This document shows positions 20,329 to 30,609 of a stretch of 64,000 nucleotides of DNA, in pieces; the first letter of the stretch is position 1, and each line of letters begins with the position of its first letter. The DNA is taken from positions 63,787-127,786 of the IMG/VR virus record IMGVR_UViG_3300032224_001676; one strand, written 5' to 3'. The position numbers and the translations under genes are program-made. The notes beneath the pieces are model-generated. The model was not told the DNA's origin, did not search any database, and worked only from the letters and a program-made list of their open reading frames with translations. This DNA comes from a virus.

Positions 20329-21488
20329 TATCCTATATAAATTACCATTGGTACGTTCATAATTTCTTGTTTTCTAAAATCACTTTCTTGAGCACGTCTT
20401 TCAAGTAATGATTTTTGAGATGTATCATCAAAGTATAATCTTAATCTTTCTATTAACGCCGCTCTATCCGCGGTAGCTGAAGCTAATAAATCAGCTTGGT
20501 TAAGAGTCATATTTTGATCTGGGATAGGTACAGTGCTATATTTTCCACGTACGTATCCTAAAATTTCTTTAACTAAAGCTAAAGTGTATTCAAATATCCA
20601 TTGTCTTCCAACTGAATTGATTTGAGAATACACTGGGTTGCCATAAGGGGCGTTTGATGGATTTGTAACTCCTCCCGGGGTTACTAATCCATTATTTAGA
20701 CGTTCTGATGATTTGATATAATTAAACCAAATATAACCACCATGAGTTTCATTGTCAGTGAAAGGTATAGGGAATATTCGTAGTTTATTATTAATTAATT
20801 GGAATGAATAATTAGATAAACGAACTTGGTTACTCATTTCAATTGCTTGAAGAGTAGACATATCATATGATAATGGCATCATTAAATAACCAGTACCATA
20901 TCCACTACCTAACATTCCTCCACCATATATACCAGCTGATGGTACTCCTCCTAACCCTGCAAATCCACCGTATGGGGCATACATTTGATTAATAGCAGGT
21001 AATGGATAGTAAAATACTTGTTTAACCTCTATTCCTCCAGTGATTCCATTACTTGCTGCCCATTGTGCTAAATCATAATCTTGAATACTAGAAGTTAAAG
21101 CTACTGATCCACTGTAGTAATTCACGTTACCTCCTACTCCTGCTTCTTCACCATATTGTTGAGACAATCTAACAATATTAGACATATTAGGAGTGATAAG
21201 AGCGTTATTTAAATTTGATCCTGTAGAAGTTCCTTCTAAAGATAATAAATTATCTCTAACTTGGTAAGCGTATAATTCATTACCATAAGTTGTAATTGCT
21301 TCTTCAAAAGCAGCATAAAAGTTTACGTCTTGTAATTCAACCTCCATAATAGGATATCCCAATCTAAGAGCACAAAACGTAGTTACTTTATCAGCATCAA
21401 TTTGAAACTGGTAATCGTAGTCGTAAAATCCAAATGGGGTTAGCCCTGGGTAGAATGACGAACTGCCAGGATATATAGGGATATTCAT
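20328..21488 (-). CDS. Neck protein / head-tail adaptor (gp13-like)
   Basis: LRLGYPIMEVEL...WIFEYTLALVKEILGYVRGKY...MTLN motifs. Confidence 0.8.
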   Translation of the reverse strand: MNIPIYPGSSSFYPGLTPFGFYDYDYQFQIDADKVTTFCALRLGYPIMEVELQDVNFYAAFEEAITTYGNELYAYQVRDNLLSLEGTSTGSNLNNALITPNMSNIVRLSQQYGEEAGVGGNVNYYSGSVALTSSIQDYDLAQWAASNGITGGIEVKQVFYYPLPAINQMYAPYGGFAGLGGVPSAGIYGGGMLGSGYGTGYLMMPLSYDMSTLQAIEMSNQVRLSNYSFQLINNKLRIFPIPFTDNETHGGYIWFNYIKSSERLNNGLVTPGGVTNPSNAPYGNPVYSQINSVGRQWIFEYTLALVKEILGYVRGKYSTVPIPDQNMTLNQADLLASATADRAALIERLRLYFDDTSQKSLLERRAQESDFRKQEIMNVPMVIYIG

Positions 21489-21531
21489 ATGTTAGGTTTT
21501 GTTATAAATATGCAAAACTATATGAATCGTA

Positions 21532-21765
21532 TTATTCAGGAAGAGGGGGTTCTATAGTTGGGGGTTCAATAAGAGTATCTTCAGTTATGTTTTCTATTAT
21601 AGTAGGTTCCTGGTATTGTTGATTGTATGTTTCTAAAGCGATAATGAGTTCTTCTTTAGTATCATAAAAAAACAGAATTGGTTGACCTGTTGTTATTTCA
21701 TCACTATCTTCCATTGAACCATAATGGAAAACATCTATTTCATTTGTTGCTAAATACCATTTCAT
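21532..21765 (-). CDS. Small acidic hypothetical protein
   Basis: 77-aa ORF coupled to the stop of the upstream gene. Confidence 0.55.
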   Translation of the reverse strand: MKWYLATNEIDVFHYGSMEDSDEITTGQPILFFYDTKEELIIALETYNQQYQEPTIIENITEDTLIEPPTIEPPLPE

Positions 21766-23669
21766 TATATTTGTCCTCCATCTACTATTGTCCAGTTATT
21801 AGGTGCTGATACTAATTTCGCTCTTGAAGCTGATGCTGCTATTGTGTAGTTTATGTTGTTAAAGCTAATGGAAATATTGGGTTTAACAGGTCTAGAAGCC
21901 CATCCTATTAATAATGCGTCATAATTTGAAGATGAATAGTTCGTGTTTGATTTACCACCCATAAATGAGCCAGCTGCGGTTACATTGCCTATATTCCAGT
22001 TTGTTAAAGGTTGGTTAAAACCATAAGCATATTGGAACATAGTGTCTATAGTAGTAACGTTAGTTGTCACCCAATCTTTAATTGAATTACTATCTCCATT
22101 ATTAAATGAACTTGATTTTCTTGGAGGTGGTAATCCCTTAAACATTCCTTGGAAGTTTGTAGCCTTACTTAAATTCCAACTACCTAAATTAGAATTAAAA
22201 TCAGGTTGACCATTAAACATAAAAGATAAATTACTAGCACTAATTGGATTCCATGTACTTAAATTTTGGTTAAATACTCCATCTTCGTTATTTGGTGTGG
22301 TTGGTATATTAAGGAATTGTTGAAAATTTGTAACTTTAGATACATCCCAATTTCCAATAGGTTGATTAAAATTAGTTTGAACATTAAACATATAATACAT
22401 ACTATTAACATTAGATGTGTTCCAATTATTAATTGATGGGCTACCACCGTTGTTAAATGATCCTGTTCCATACCCACTATTCATACCAAACATACCAAGC
22501 ATAGTTGTCACTTTACTTGTATCCCAAGTACCTATGTTTTGATTAAAATAAGGTGACATAAAAAATACATAACTCATGTCAGTGACGTTAGAAGTATTCC
22601 AATTTTTAAGAGTATCAGCCCCACCATTATTAAATACTCCTGTTTTAATATTTGAACCTCCAAATAAACCATACATATTTCGTACTTTACTTACATCCCA
22701 TGATCCTACATCTTGGTTAAATGAATATGCTGAATAAAACATTTGAGTCATATCTACTGTATTAGAAGTATTCCAATTATTTAATGGTTGATTAAATAAA
22801 GAAGCTGAGTTAAACATGAATGACATACTTATTGCAGATACAGTATTCCAATTATTTAAAGGTTGGTTAAATGCTGTATCCATATAAAACATATAGTTAA
22901 AAATACTAGCACTGCTTACATTCCAACTTCCAATTGGTTGATTAAATTGGTCATTATATAAAAATATTTGACTAAAGTTTTGTACCTTACTTGTATCCCA
23001 ATTTTTAATAGAATCACTTCCTCCATTATTAAAAGCATGTTTAACCCCTAACAAACCACAAAATGTATTAGTCATATTAGTAACATTGCTAGTATTCCAA
23101 TTGCCTATATTTTGATTATATCTATATGTAGTATAAAAGGTTTGGGACATATTGTTTACTTTACTTGTATCCCATTCATTAGCTCTACTAATACTAACTA
23201 ATAAAGAACATGATCTAAAAGTAGCATTTAATACTGGGCCATAAGCAGTACTTGAAGAATACGGAGTGTAAAGATTAGGTGTATCTGATATGTTGTTTAA
23301 GGTTAAAGCATCACACCCATAAAATTGAGCAGGTAATGAGGTTAATTTTAATCCACCCCATTGAGATATATTAATTAGCTTTCGTCTATCTCCTGTATTG
23401 CTAAATTGAAATCCATTAATATATCCACTCATTGTGACATTATATGTCCCGGCAGTAGCATAAGAATGAGTTAAAGCGGATTGAAAAGAAGACGATATTG
23501 AACTACTAGTGTTATCACCCCAATACACCATAAAATTATATAATCCACTACCAGTTAAAGGTATTCTAATTTGGTTAGTAGCACTTGAATTTGAGGATGT
23601 ATTATCCGTCTTCCATGTTGACATGAAAGGTTTAGGTTTTGAGTTAATTATAGTTCTACCGCCTCTCAT
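21765..23669 (-). CDS. DUF285 / bacterial surface-repeat (about 25-aa) protein with a PKD-like N-terminus
   Basis: Repeats of FNQxIGxW(D/N)TSxVTxMxxMF; N-terminal YWGDNT...HSYATAGTYNV. Confidence 0.8.
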   Translation of the reverse strand: MRGGRTIINSKPKPFMSTWKTDNTSSNSSATNQIRIPLTGSGLYNFMVYWGDNTSSSISSSFQSALTHSYATAGTYNVTMSGYINGFQFSNTGDRRKLINISQWGGLKLTSLPAQFYGCDALTLNNISDTPNLYTPYSSSTAYGPVLNATFRSCSLLVSISRANEWDTSKVNNMSQTFYTTYRYNQNIGNWNTSNVTNMTNTFCGLLGVKHAFNNGGSDSIKNWDTSKVQNFSQIFLYNDQFNQPIGSWNVSSASIFNYMFYMDTAFNQPLNNWNTVSAISMSFMFNSASLFNQPLNNWNTSNTVDMTQMFYSAYSFNQDVGSWDVSKVRNMYGLFGGSNIKTGVFNNGGADTLKNWNTSNVTDMSYVFFMSPYFNQNIGTWDTSKVTTMLGMFGMNSGYGTGSFNNGGSPSINNWNTSNVNSMYYMFNVQTNFNQPIGNWDVSKVTNFQQFLNIPTTPNNEDGVFNQNLSTWNPISASNLSFMFNGQPDFNSNLGSWNLSKATNFQGMFKGLPPPRKSSSFNNGDSNSIKDWVTTNVTTIDTMFQYAYGFNQPLTNWNIGNVTAAGSFMGGKSNTNYSSSNYDALLIGWASRPVKPNISISFNNINYTIAASASRAKLVSAPNNWTIVDGGQI

Positions 23670-23670
23670 C

Positions 23671-24984
23671 TTATTGAGTTATCCAGTATTCTACTCTTGT
23701 TCCTTTAACCCATTCAGCATAAATTATATTTAGTGTATTTGGAACATAAACACCATTACTTACTACTACCCATCCTGCTGGGGTTGATGGAGCTACTGAG
23801 TTGTTATGGTATATTTTTTGTACTATTCCGGTTTTAGCTCCTGTTAAATTATCAGTTATATTCCCTGTCCCTGGTACATCCCATTCATTATAAACTTGGT
23901 TGGAAGTAAATGATACTACTGTTCCTGTTGTAGCAGAAGGAGTAGTTAATACTTGATTATTATTCCAATTAAATGAAGAACCTGTAGTATTAATTGATCC
24001 GGTTACAGTTATATTTTGGTTTAGTATATTTAAATAGGATGCTGTTAAGGCAAATGATGAACTTAATGCTTGGTTAGTGTAGGAGGATGTAGTTGTTAAT
24101 AAATCTTGATTTGGATTATATCTTAAACCTCCATCTACTTGAATACTGCCTGGTCCTGATGTATCAACAAATAAAACGTTGTGTTGTAAATTTTGTGTTG
24201 ATATACTAGTAGATACTGAAAGTGCCACAGATGATGTTAAGGCAAATGATGAACTTACTGCTTGTGATATATAAGAAGATGTTTGGGCTATAGTCACATA
24301 AGAAGCTGTTTGAGCAGTTACTATATAAGAAGCCGTTTGCGCGTTTTGTATAAATGAGGCTGTGGATGAGAATGAAGAACTTATTGCTTGTAATATATAA
24401 GAAGCTGTTTGAGCAGTTTGTACATAGGATGCTGTTTGCGCTATTGTAACATAAGACGCGGTCATTGCTTCTGATGCTTTTATAGCCCAACTTGATGTGC
24501 CTTGTAATGATCCTGTTATTGAAGGAGCATTCAAACTTCCAGTAATAATATAACCGTTCATATTTAAATTACCAGCAGCTGTTAAAGTACGAGATCCTGT
24601 TTCTATTCTCCATGCTGAAGTTAGCACATTACTGTCCCAACTAGTTACTAAATATAATCCAGCATTATCTACCCAAACATAGTTTTGACCATTATTAGAT
24701 CCCAATTTTGACCGCCCGTCAGGGCCAGCTGTCATGTCTATACTAGGACCAGTTGTAGTTATTGATGATCCACTATTAAAATATATATTACCCGATATGT
24801 TTAAAGAATTAGATATTAATAAACTACTTGTTGTAGACCAAATATCTCCATTTATGTTAGTAAATATAGAATCACCTTGAGGTCCTGGTTGTCCTTGAGG
24901 TCCTGGGGTAGATACTTGTATAACACGTGTTCCATCTTGTTGAACAGTGATAGTATTGGTGGATGTATTTACGTTTACTGACAT
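23671..24984 (-). CDS. Fibre-like virion protein with collagen-like and TASY repeats
   Basis: PGPQGQPGPQGD and repeated AQTASYV units. Confidence 0.65.
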   Translation of the reverse strand: MSVNVNTSTNTITVQQDGTRVIQVSTPGPQGQPGPQGDSIFTNINGDIWSTTSSLLISNSLNISGNIYFNSGSSITTTGPSIDMTAGPDGRSKLGSNNGQNYVWVDNAGLYLVTSWDSNVLTSAWRIETGSRTLTAAGNLNMNGYIITGSLNAPSITGSLQGTSSWAIKASEAMTASYVTIAQTASYVQTAQTASYILQAISSSFSSTASFIQNAQTASYIVTAQTASYVTIAQTSSYISQAVSSSFALTSSVALSVSTSISTQNLQHNVLFVDTSGPGSIQVDGGLRYNPNQDLLTTTSSYTNQALSSSFALTASYLNILNQNITVTGSINTTGSSFNWNNNQVLTTPSATTGTVVSFTSNQVYNEWDVPGTGNITDNLTGAKTGIVQKIYHNNSVAPSTPAGWVVVSNGVYVPNTLNIIYAEWVKGTRVEYWITQ

Positions 24985-25385
24985 TATAGTACTGTTACTT
25001 GATCACTTAAACTAACTTGGCCTTCTAATAATCTTACTGTATATGGACAATTACTACCAGAATATATTTCTAAATCATAATAAGCTGTACTAAAATTAAG
25101 CATTGAGGATGTACATGATGAAATATATATTCCAATAGAACCACTAGAGGGTGGTGTTGTACCATTACTCCCACTAAAATTTAAACCAGTGCCATCAGCA
25201 TTTAAAGAACTAGATAATGTAAGATATACTGTACGATTAGGAACAGAAGCATAGTTAGATGCTATTTGCATTTTACCTGAGTAATTAGCTAAATCAACAG
25301 GTGTACCTGATGAGTCTAGATATTGTACTTCAAAATTAGTAGTTGCTCCTTGTTCTATTACAAAAGAATATCTTCCTGCGGCCAT
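24984..25385 (-). CDS. Virion structural protein (BppU-N-like attachment domain)
   Basis: FVIEQGATT...PVDLANYSGKMQI...YYDLEI...RLLEGQV. Confidence 0.55.
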   Translation of the reverse strand: MAAGRYSFVIEQGATTNFEVQYLDSSGTPVDLANYSGKMQIASNYASVPNRTVYLTLSSSLNADGTGLNFSGSNGTTPPSSGSIGIYISSCTSSMLNFSTAYYDLEIYSGSNCPYTVRLLEGQVSLSDQVTVL

Positions 25386-25454
25386 GTTAATGTTTAACTA
25401 TAAATATTAGAAAGTTTTAAATTAATTTAAAAATACTAAATAAACTAATTATTT

Positions 25455-26378
25455 TTACCAACTTGCTATTATAACTAAACCACCACCACCATCACCACCG
25501 GCACCACCTGGGGTTCCACCACCACCTCCGCCACCACCAGATCCTATACCACCATTACCTCCTTTACTTCCAGTACCAGTAGTACTACTATTTCCTCCAC
25601 TTCCACCCCAAGATAAAAATGGTTTAAATATATTATTTCCATTAACTCCACTTCCAGAAGTTAATTGAGCAGGTAATAAACCATCTGGTAAATCTAAAGG
25701 AAGAGACAAAGAAGCAGAGCCTGGTGTACCTTGTACTCCTGCTGCTACTCCTGCACCGCCCCCACCTCCGGTTACAGATGTAGTAGATGCAATAGTATTT
25801 CCTGCTCCACCACTAGTTGAACCGTTTCCACCTCCGTTACCTCCAACATATTTTGTTTGGGATACAAAAGAATAATGACCTATATTGGCATCAGAATTAA
25901 CTCCAACTGCTCCACCAGAACCTCCAGCACTTGCCAACCCAACAAGACCACCTCCACCAGCATTAGCATATATTATAACATTAGGTATAGTGAAATAATC
26001 ACTTAATCCTACACTTGCATATACAAAACTATCTGATCCACCACTTCCACCTCCACTTGTTCCTCCTTTTCCTGTATTTCCTACAATTATTGAGAGTTTA
26101 TCGGGTAAAAACATAGCTGGGATTAGTATTGATTGTTGGGCACCACTTGCTCCACCACCTCCACCACCATTATTACCTCCTAAGGCTGATGTAAAACCAG
26201 CAGCTCCTCCTCCTCCACCTCCTATAGCCCATATAGCTACCATCTGTACGCCAGGAGGTTTATTCCATATGTATGGACTTTGTATAGTACCTATCCCAAA
26301 ACTTGGGGTAGAAAATATTTGAACATCTCCACTAAACTGTGGAGGTAAAAAACTATAATCTCTAGAATTCCCGTACAT
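25455..26378 (-). CDS. Glycine-rich fibre protein (paralog A)
   Basis: WNKPPGVQMVAIWAIGGGGGG...GGDGGGGLVIIASW. Confidence 0.7.
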   Translation of the reverse strand: MYGNSRDYSFLPPQFSGDVQIFSTPSFGIGTIQSPYIWNKPPGVQMVAIWAIGGGGGGAAGFTSALGGNNGGGGGGASGAQQSILIPAMFLPDKLSIIVGNTGKGGTSGGGSGGSDSFVYASVGLSDYFTIPNVIIYANAGGGGLVGLASAGGSGGAVGVNSDANIGHYSFVSQTKYVGGNGGGNGSTSGGAGNTIASTTSVTGGGGGAGVAAGVQGTPGSASLSLPLDLPDGLLPAQLTSGSGVNGNNIFKPFLSWGGSGGNSSTTGTGSKGGNGGIGSGGGGGGGGTPGGAGGDGGGGLVIIASW

Positions 26379-26382
26379 AATA

Positions 26383-27348
26383 TTACCAACTTGCTATTAT
26401 AACTAAACCATCTCCACCATTTCCACCTGTACCACCTGTGGTTCCAGCTCCTCCACCTCCACCCCCACTTCCAATACCACCTTTTCCTCCTCTTCCTCCC
26501 GCTCCTGTATCAAAACTTCCTCCACCTGTACCACCAAAAGACATAAATGGTTTGAATCTTGTTATACCATCTATACCATTACCACCATTTGTTGTACCAC
26601 CTGCTATATATGAAACAACAGGAGTTAAAGCAAAATCTGGGCCGTCAAATGCTGCATTTAAAGATATTGCGCCCCCAGCAATTGGAGTTGTAGTAGCTAT
26701 TCCTCCCCCTCCTGTTCCTTGGCCTGTAGAGTTAAGTATAAATTGGTTAGTAATAGCACCAGCAGCACCTCCAAGTTGAGAACCACCTGCTAATCCAACT
26801 AATCCAACTTGGAATTTATAGAATATAGATGAAAAATAAAAATGTCCAACACTAGCTGCTGTAGTAATAGTGGGTACGGTTCCTGCTATACCAGCAGCTG
26901 TTCCTGATCCAGCACCTCCTCCTCCAGGTTGGGCAATATTTGATTGTAATATTAAGTTGGGGATCGAGGTTCCGGCTGTTAAACCTACACCTGAAGCAAC
27001 ATAAGAATTTATCCCGGCTGCTCCAGCATTGTTAGCTATACCTCCAGCACCGCCTGCTCCTACAGAAACACGAAGTACATCTGGTAAATGGTGGGCAAAG
27101 AATAAAGCTGAGGCTGCACCTGATGATGCTCCACTTCCTCCACCTCCACCAGCCGCTCCTGATGCTCGAGTGAAGCCACCGCCACCACCACCTCCACCTC
27201 CTACGCACCACATATAAACCATAGTAGCACCAGAGGGTTTGTTCCATGTTTGCCATTGGGTGTTTGTTGTACCCATAGAAAAAAACATTTGAACATCTCC
27301 TGTGAATTGAGGAGGTAAAAAACCATAATCTCTTGAACTTCCGTACAT
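26383..27348 (-). CDS. Glycine-rich fibre protein (paralog B)
   Basis: Shares the MYGxSRDYxFLPPQF start and GLVIIASW end with paralog A. Confidence 0.7.
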   Translation of the reverse strand: MYGSSRDYGFLPPQFTGDVQMFFSMGTTNTQWQTWNKPSGATMVYMWCVGGGGGGGGGFTRASGAAGGGGGSGASSGAASALFFAHHLPDVLRVSVGAGGAGGIANNAGAAGINSYVASGVGLTAGTSIPNLILQSNIAQPGGGGAGSGTAAGIAGTVPTITTAASVGHFYFSSIFYKFQVGLVGLAGGSQLGGAAGAITNQFILNSTGQGTGGGGIATTTPIAGGAISLNAAFDGPDFALTPVVSYIAGGTTNGGNGIDGITRFKPFMSFGGTGGGSFDTGAGGRGGKGGIGSGGGGGGAGTTGGTGGNGGDGLVIIASW

Positions 27349-27368
27349 AACTTTATATAGTTAAAGAA

Positions 27369-27827
27369 TTAATAATCACCTCCAAATACTGTTGCTTGCC
27401 ACTGTTGGTTAGTTGTTTGTGCTACATGTTGTGACACTAGAATATACCTAGAGGCAGGAACAGCAATGTTAAGTGGGATTTCATAGTAGTTAGTAGCGGC
27501 TGTACTGTTGGCTGTTGAAATTGCCGGTACTGAGATTTCCGCTAATAAAGATGTATTAGTAGATGTTGGTGTTCCTGATCCTGTAGAACTTAAAAATACG
27601 CGTAATGTAGTCGCTACAGAATTGACTCCAGCGGCTGATGCTACTGTGTTGAAACGAACACGTTGTATAAAACTTCCGCTTGCGCCTGAGGTAAATACTA
27701 AAAATTGATCTGTACCAATAGCATTAGTTGCTCCTCCATCTGATCTTGGATTTGTTGCGGTGGTTGTTATCTTTCCAGAACCTACATTTGGGGTTAAAGT
27801 GTAAATTGGGTTAAAATTTTGAGCCAT
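27369..27827 (-). CDS. Hypothetical virion protein
   Basis: 152-aa S/T-rich ORF inside the fibre cluster, ending FGGDY. Confidence 0.55.
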   Translation of the reverse strand: MAQNFNPIYTLTPNVGSGKITTTATNPRSDGGATNAIGTDQFLVFTSGASGSFIQRVRFNTVASAAGVNSVATTLRVFLSSTGSGTPTSTNTSLLAEISVPAISTANSTAATNYYEIPLNIAVPASRYILVSQHVAQTTNQQWQATVFGGDY

Positions 27828-27855
27828 ATTTTTTATTTTATTATAATTATATTGT

Positions 27856-29529
27856 TTAAAAACCTGAAAATAGTGTGTTTACTTTTGCTAATGCTACAAC
27901 TTGGCCTTGGATATTAGATACACTACTACCTCCACCTCCACCATTCATAGCATAAGATGCTGTTAAAGCGTAAGATGCAGAACCTTGTAGTGAACCAGTA
28001 ATACTACCATTTACTCTTAATGAACCTGTAATTTGAAATTGAGATCCTGATGCAAAAACTAGGTTTGATCTAGCTGAAGTGCTAGTACCATTTCCTATTA
28101 TAAAAGCGTTTTGAGCTGATGAGGATTGGTTGAGTAAACCTTGAACATGTTGGCCATCACCGTTTGCTATTGTATAGTACCCTTCAGCGTGTGAATATTG
28201 TCCGTTTGCTGTTGTATATAATCCTTCAGCATGTGAGTATGGACCATTTGTTATTGTGAGATATCCTTCAGCATGTGAATTTTGTGCATTTGCTGTTGTA
28301 TAATATCCTTCAGCATGAGAACCTATTCCTGATACTGCTGTTGTTGTTGTGAGCATTCCTTCAGCGTGTGAAGCATCACCGTATGCTGTTCCTCCAGGAA
28401 CAATTACTTCACCATCACTATCATAAGTATATCCTCCTTCTGCGTGGGAGCCTAATCCTTGAGCTAATGTGGAAACTCCTTCAGCATGTGAGTAATATCC
28501 ATTTGCCACAGTAACATAACCTTCAGCATGTGAAGCAAAACCACCTACTATTGTGAAATTTCCTTCAGCATGTGAATACTGCCCATTTGCTGTTGTATAT
28601 ACTCCTTCAGTATGAGAAGTAAAACCATTTGCTATTGTATAGTATCCTTCAGCATGTGAGTAGTATCCATTTGTTGTTGTAGTACTACCAACTCCCTCAG
28701 CATGTGAATAATCTCCTCTTGCTATTGTACTGTTTCCTTCAGTGTGTGAATATTGTCCGTTTGCTATTGTGAAATATCCTTCAGCATGTGAATATGATCC
28801 TGATGCTTTATTTAATTGCCCTTCAGCATGTGAATAAATTCCTGATGCTGTATTTTGGAATCCTTGAACATGAGAAAATAAACCTGATGCAAGTGATGCT
28901 GAGGCTTGATTAAATATTCCTTGAATTGAAGTAGAACCAGATACATTTAATGAACCAGTTATAATATTTGTTCCAATTATAGTTTTACTTCCAGAAATAA
29001 ATACGGAACCTGTAATTGTTTTAGTTCCTATTAAGGTATTTGAACCTGTTATTATAAGCGACCCTGATATAATTTCATTTCCTATAAATGTGTTTGAACC
29101 TGTTGTGGCAAAAGATCCTGTTTGAGTATTAGTTACAAATGAACTTGTAGCACTATTTAAAACATAGTTTGGAGCTAAAGACGCAGTAGCAGCATAAGAA
29201 GCACTTAATACTGTTCCTACAATAGCAGAAGCAGTTACATATGACGCGGTTTGAGCATAAGATGCTGTTCCTTGTAATGAACCTGTAAACCCAAGAGTAG
29301 AAGTTGTAGAACCAGTTATTATTAATGATCCTGTTATAATTGCAGAACCGGTATATGGAAATGCTGCCCCACTTCCTCCTCCAGAACCTGTAAATTCTTT
29401 TACAATGTTACCTGATCCACTACCATAAAATAGTTTTCCATCTTTAGTATTGATGGCTAATTCACCCTGCTGTAATGAAGAGGGAATCACTCCTGATCCG
29501 GTACTATTTTTTATTATTATTGTAGCCAT
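27856..29529 (-). CDS. Second SHAEG-repeat fibre/adhesin
   Basis: Fibre N-terminal motif IIIKNS...LQQGELAINTKDGKLFYG, ITGS repeats, then about 15 SHAEG repeats. Confidence 0.8.
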   Translation of the reverse strand: MATIIIKNSTGSGVIPSSLQQGELAINTKDGKLFYGSGSGNIVKEFTGSGGGSGAAFPYTGSAIITGSLIITGSTTSTLGFTGSLQGTASYAQTASYVTASAIVGTVLSASYAATASLAPNYVLNSATSSFVTNTQTGSFATTGSNTFIGNEIISGSLIITGSNTLIGTKTITGSVFISGSKTIIGTNIITGSLNVSGSTSIQGIFNQASASLASGLFSHVQGFQNTASGIYSHAEGQLNKASGSYSHAEGYFTIANGQYSHTEGNSTIARGDYSHAEGVGSTTTTNGYYSHAEGYYTIANGFTSHTEGVYTTANGQYSHAEGNFTIVGGFASHAEGYVTVANGYYSHAEGVSTLAQGLGSHAEGGYTYDSDGEVIVPGGTAYGDASHAEGMLTTTTAVSGIGSHAEGYYTTANAQNSHAEGYLTITNGPYSHAEGLYTTANGQYSHAEGYYTIANGDGQHVQGLLNQSSSAQNAFIIGNGTSTSARSNLVFASGSQFQITGSLRVNGSITGSLQGSASYALTASYAMNGGGGGSSVSNIQGQVVALAKVNTLFSGF

Positions 29530-29544
29530 TCTTTATTATAAATA

Positions 29545-29718
29545 TTAAAAAGTTCCTCCATCTATGGTAAGGCCATTACCATTCCCTGAGAATGAGCCTG
29601 TAAAGTTAAGTATTGCAAGTGATCCGGTACCATTATAGACATCGCTTCCATCCGACTGCAAAACGCGTTGGTAGCTGTCCTCAATATTTTGACCTGTGAA
29701 ATCAAATGGTCCAGGCAT
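29545..29718 (-). CDS. 57-aa virion peptide ending IDGGTF (not in the ORF track)
   Basis: Hand translation: MPGPFDFTGQNIEDSYQRVLQSDGSDVYNGTGSLAILNFTGSFSGNGNGLTIDGGTF*; fills the intergenic gap. Confidence 0.7.
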   Translation of the reverse strand: MPGPFDFTGQNIEDSYQRVLQSDGSDVYNGTGSLAILNFTGSFSGNGNGLTIDGGTF

Positions 29719-29731
29719 AACTTTTATTTAA

Positions 29732-30289
29732 TTATTTAGATAGTTTATCAACTATCCCGTTTATAATGTCTTGAACATAATTTTGTTCAATTTTATTTTC
29801 TTGTAAGTAAGTACCAATTATATTATTTACTTTATTTTTCTTAATAGTTAAATTTTTAATGTTAATATCTTCTTTAATTAACATCCCAACTATTTTAATA
29901 ATATGCTCAGTTACAGGGTCAAATTCTTGAACCCCAGTAATTTGAATTTTAGGAGTAGACTCTTTTATCACTTCAGCGTCATTTGATTTGACTTCTACAG
30001 TTACTTTACGAGATGCTTCTACTATAAAATCTGATTTCCAAGGGATAAAATACGTATCCTCTGCTATGACTTCAAGTTTTATTTGACCTGAGGTACTATT
30101 TTCTAATAATCCTTTTAATTTTTTAATAGGAATAGAGCATTTTCCATCTTTATTGATAGTTCCATTAAATAAAAAGCTTACATCTTTTGATTCGATGATT
30201 AATCGAGCCGAACTGTTTTTTAATGAAGCACCTTCAAGTTTAATATTACACTCAAATACTTCGGGTTTGTCAGTAAATAATTTATACAT
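29732..30289 (-). CDS. Hypothetical protein
   Basis: 185-aa ORF translationally coupled to its neighbour. Confidence 0.6.
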   Translation of the reverse strand: MYKLFTDKPEVFECNIKLEGASLKNSSARLIIESKDVSFLFNGTINKDGKCSIPIKKLKGLLENSTSGQIKLEVIAEDTYFIPWKSDFIVEASRKVTVEVKSNDAEVIKESTPKIQITGVQEFDPVTEHIIKIVGMLIKEDINIKNLTIKKNKVNNIIGTYLQENKIEQNYVQDIINGIVDKLSK

Positions 30290-30609
30290 TATAATTCTAC
30301 TTTTATGTTTACTCCCAATACTTCTTTAGCGACTAGGGATACGTCCGATATACGTATTTTACGCTCTAGTATTTCTTTCGTTTCTTTGTATTCTTTACCT
30401 TCTACTTTACAAAGTAGTTTAATAAAACGTTTCTTTTTTTCCTTATCTTTAAAATAATCATCAGGTGCTTTACCAGCAGCCATTGCTTCTAGTAAATCTG
30501 TTATTAACGCACAATCATCCCATGTAAATGGATTTTTACTTTGATTAGGGAATGGGTTTGTATTCCATGCAAAATTTGCGTCTCCCCATTTAAATGGTAT
30601 CCTAGCCAT
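30289..30609 (-). CDS. Hypothetical protein
   Basis: 106-aa ORF with a Trp-rich N-terminus and stop/start overlaps. Confidence 0.6.
   Translation of the reverse strand: MARIPFKWGDANFAWNTNPFPNQSKNPFTWDDCALITDLLEAMAAGKAPDDYFKDKEKKKRFIKLLCKVEGKEYKETKEILERKIRISDVSLVAKEVLGVNIKVEL

Noticed and set aside
16705-29529. Diversity-generating retroelement template/variable repeat pair between fibre genes
   Set aside because: No reverse transcriptase is in the window, and I saw no near-identical ~100-bp pair differing only at adenines.
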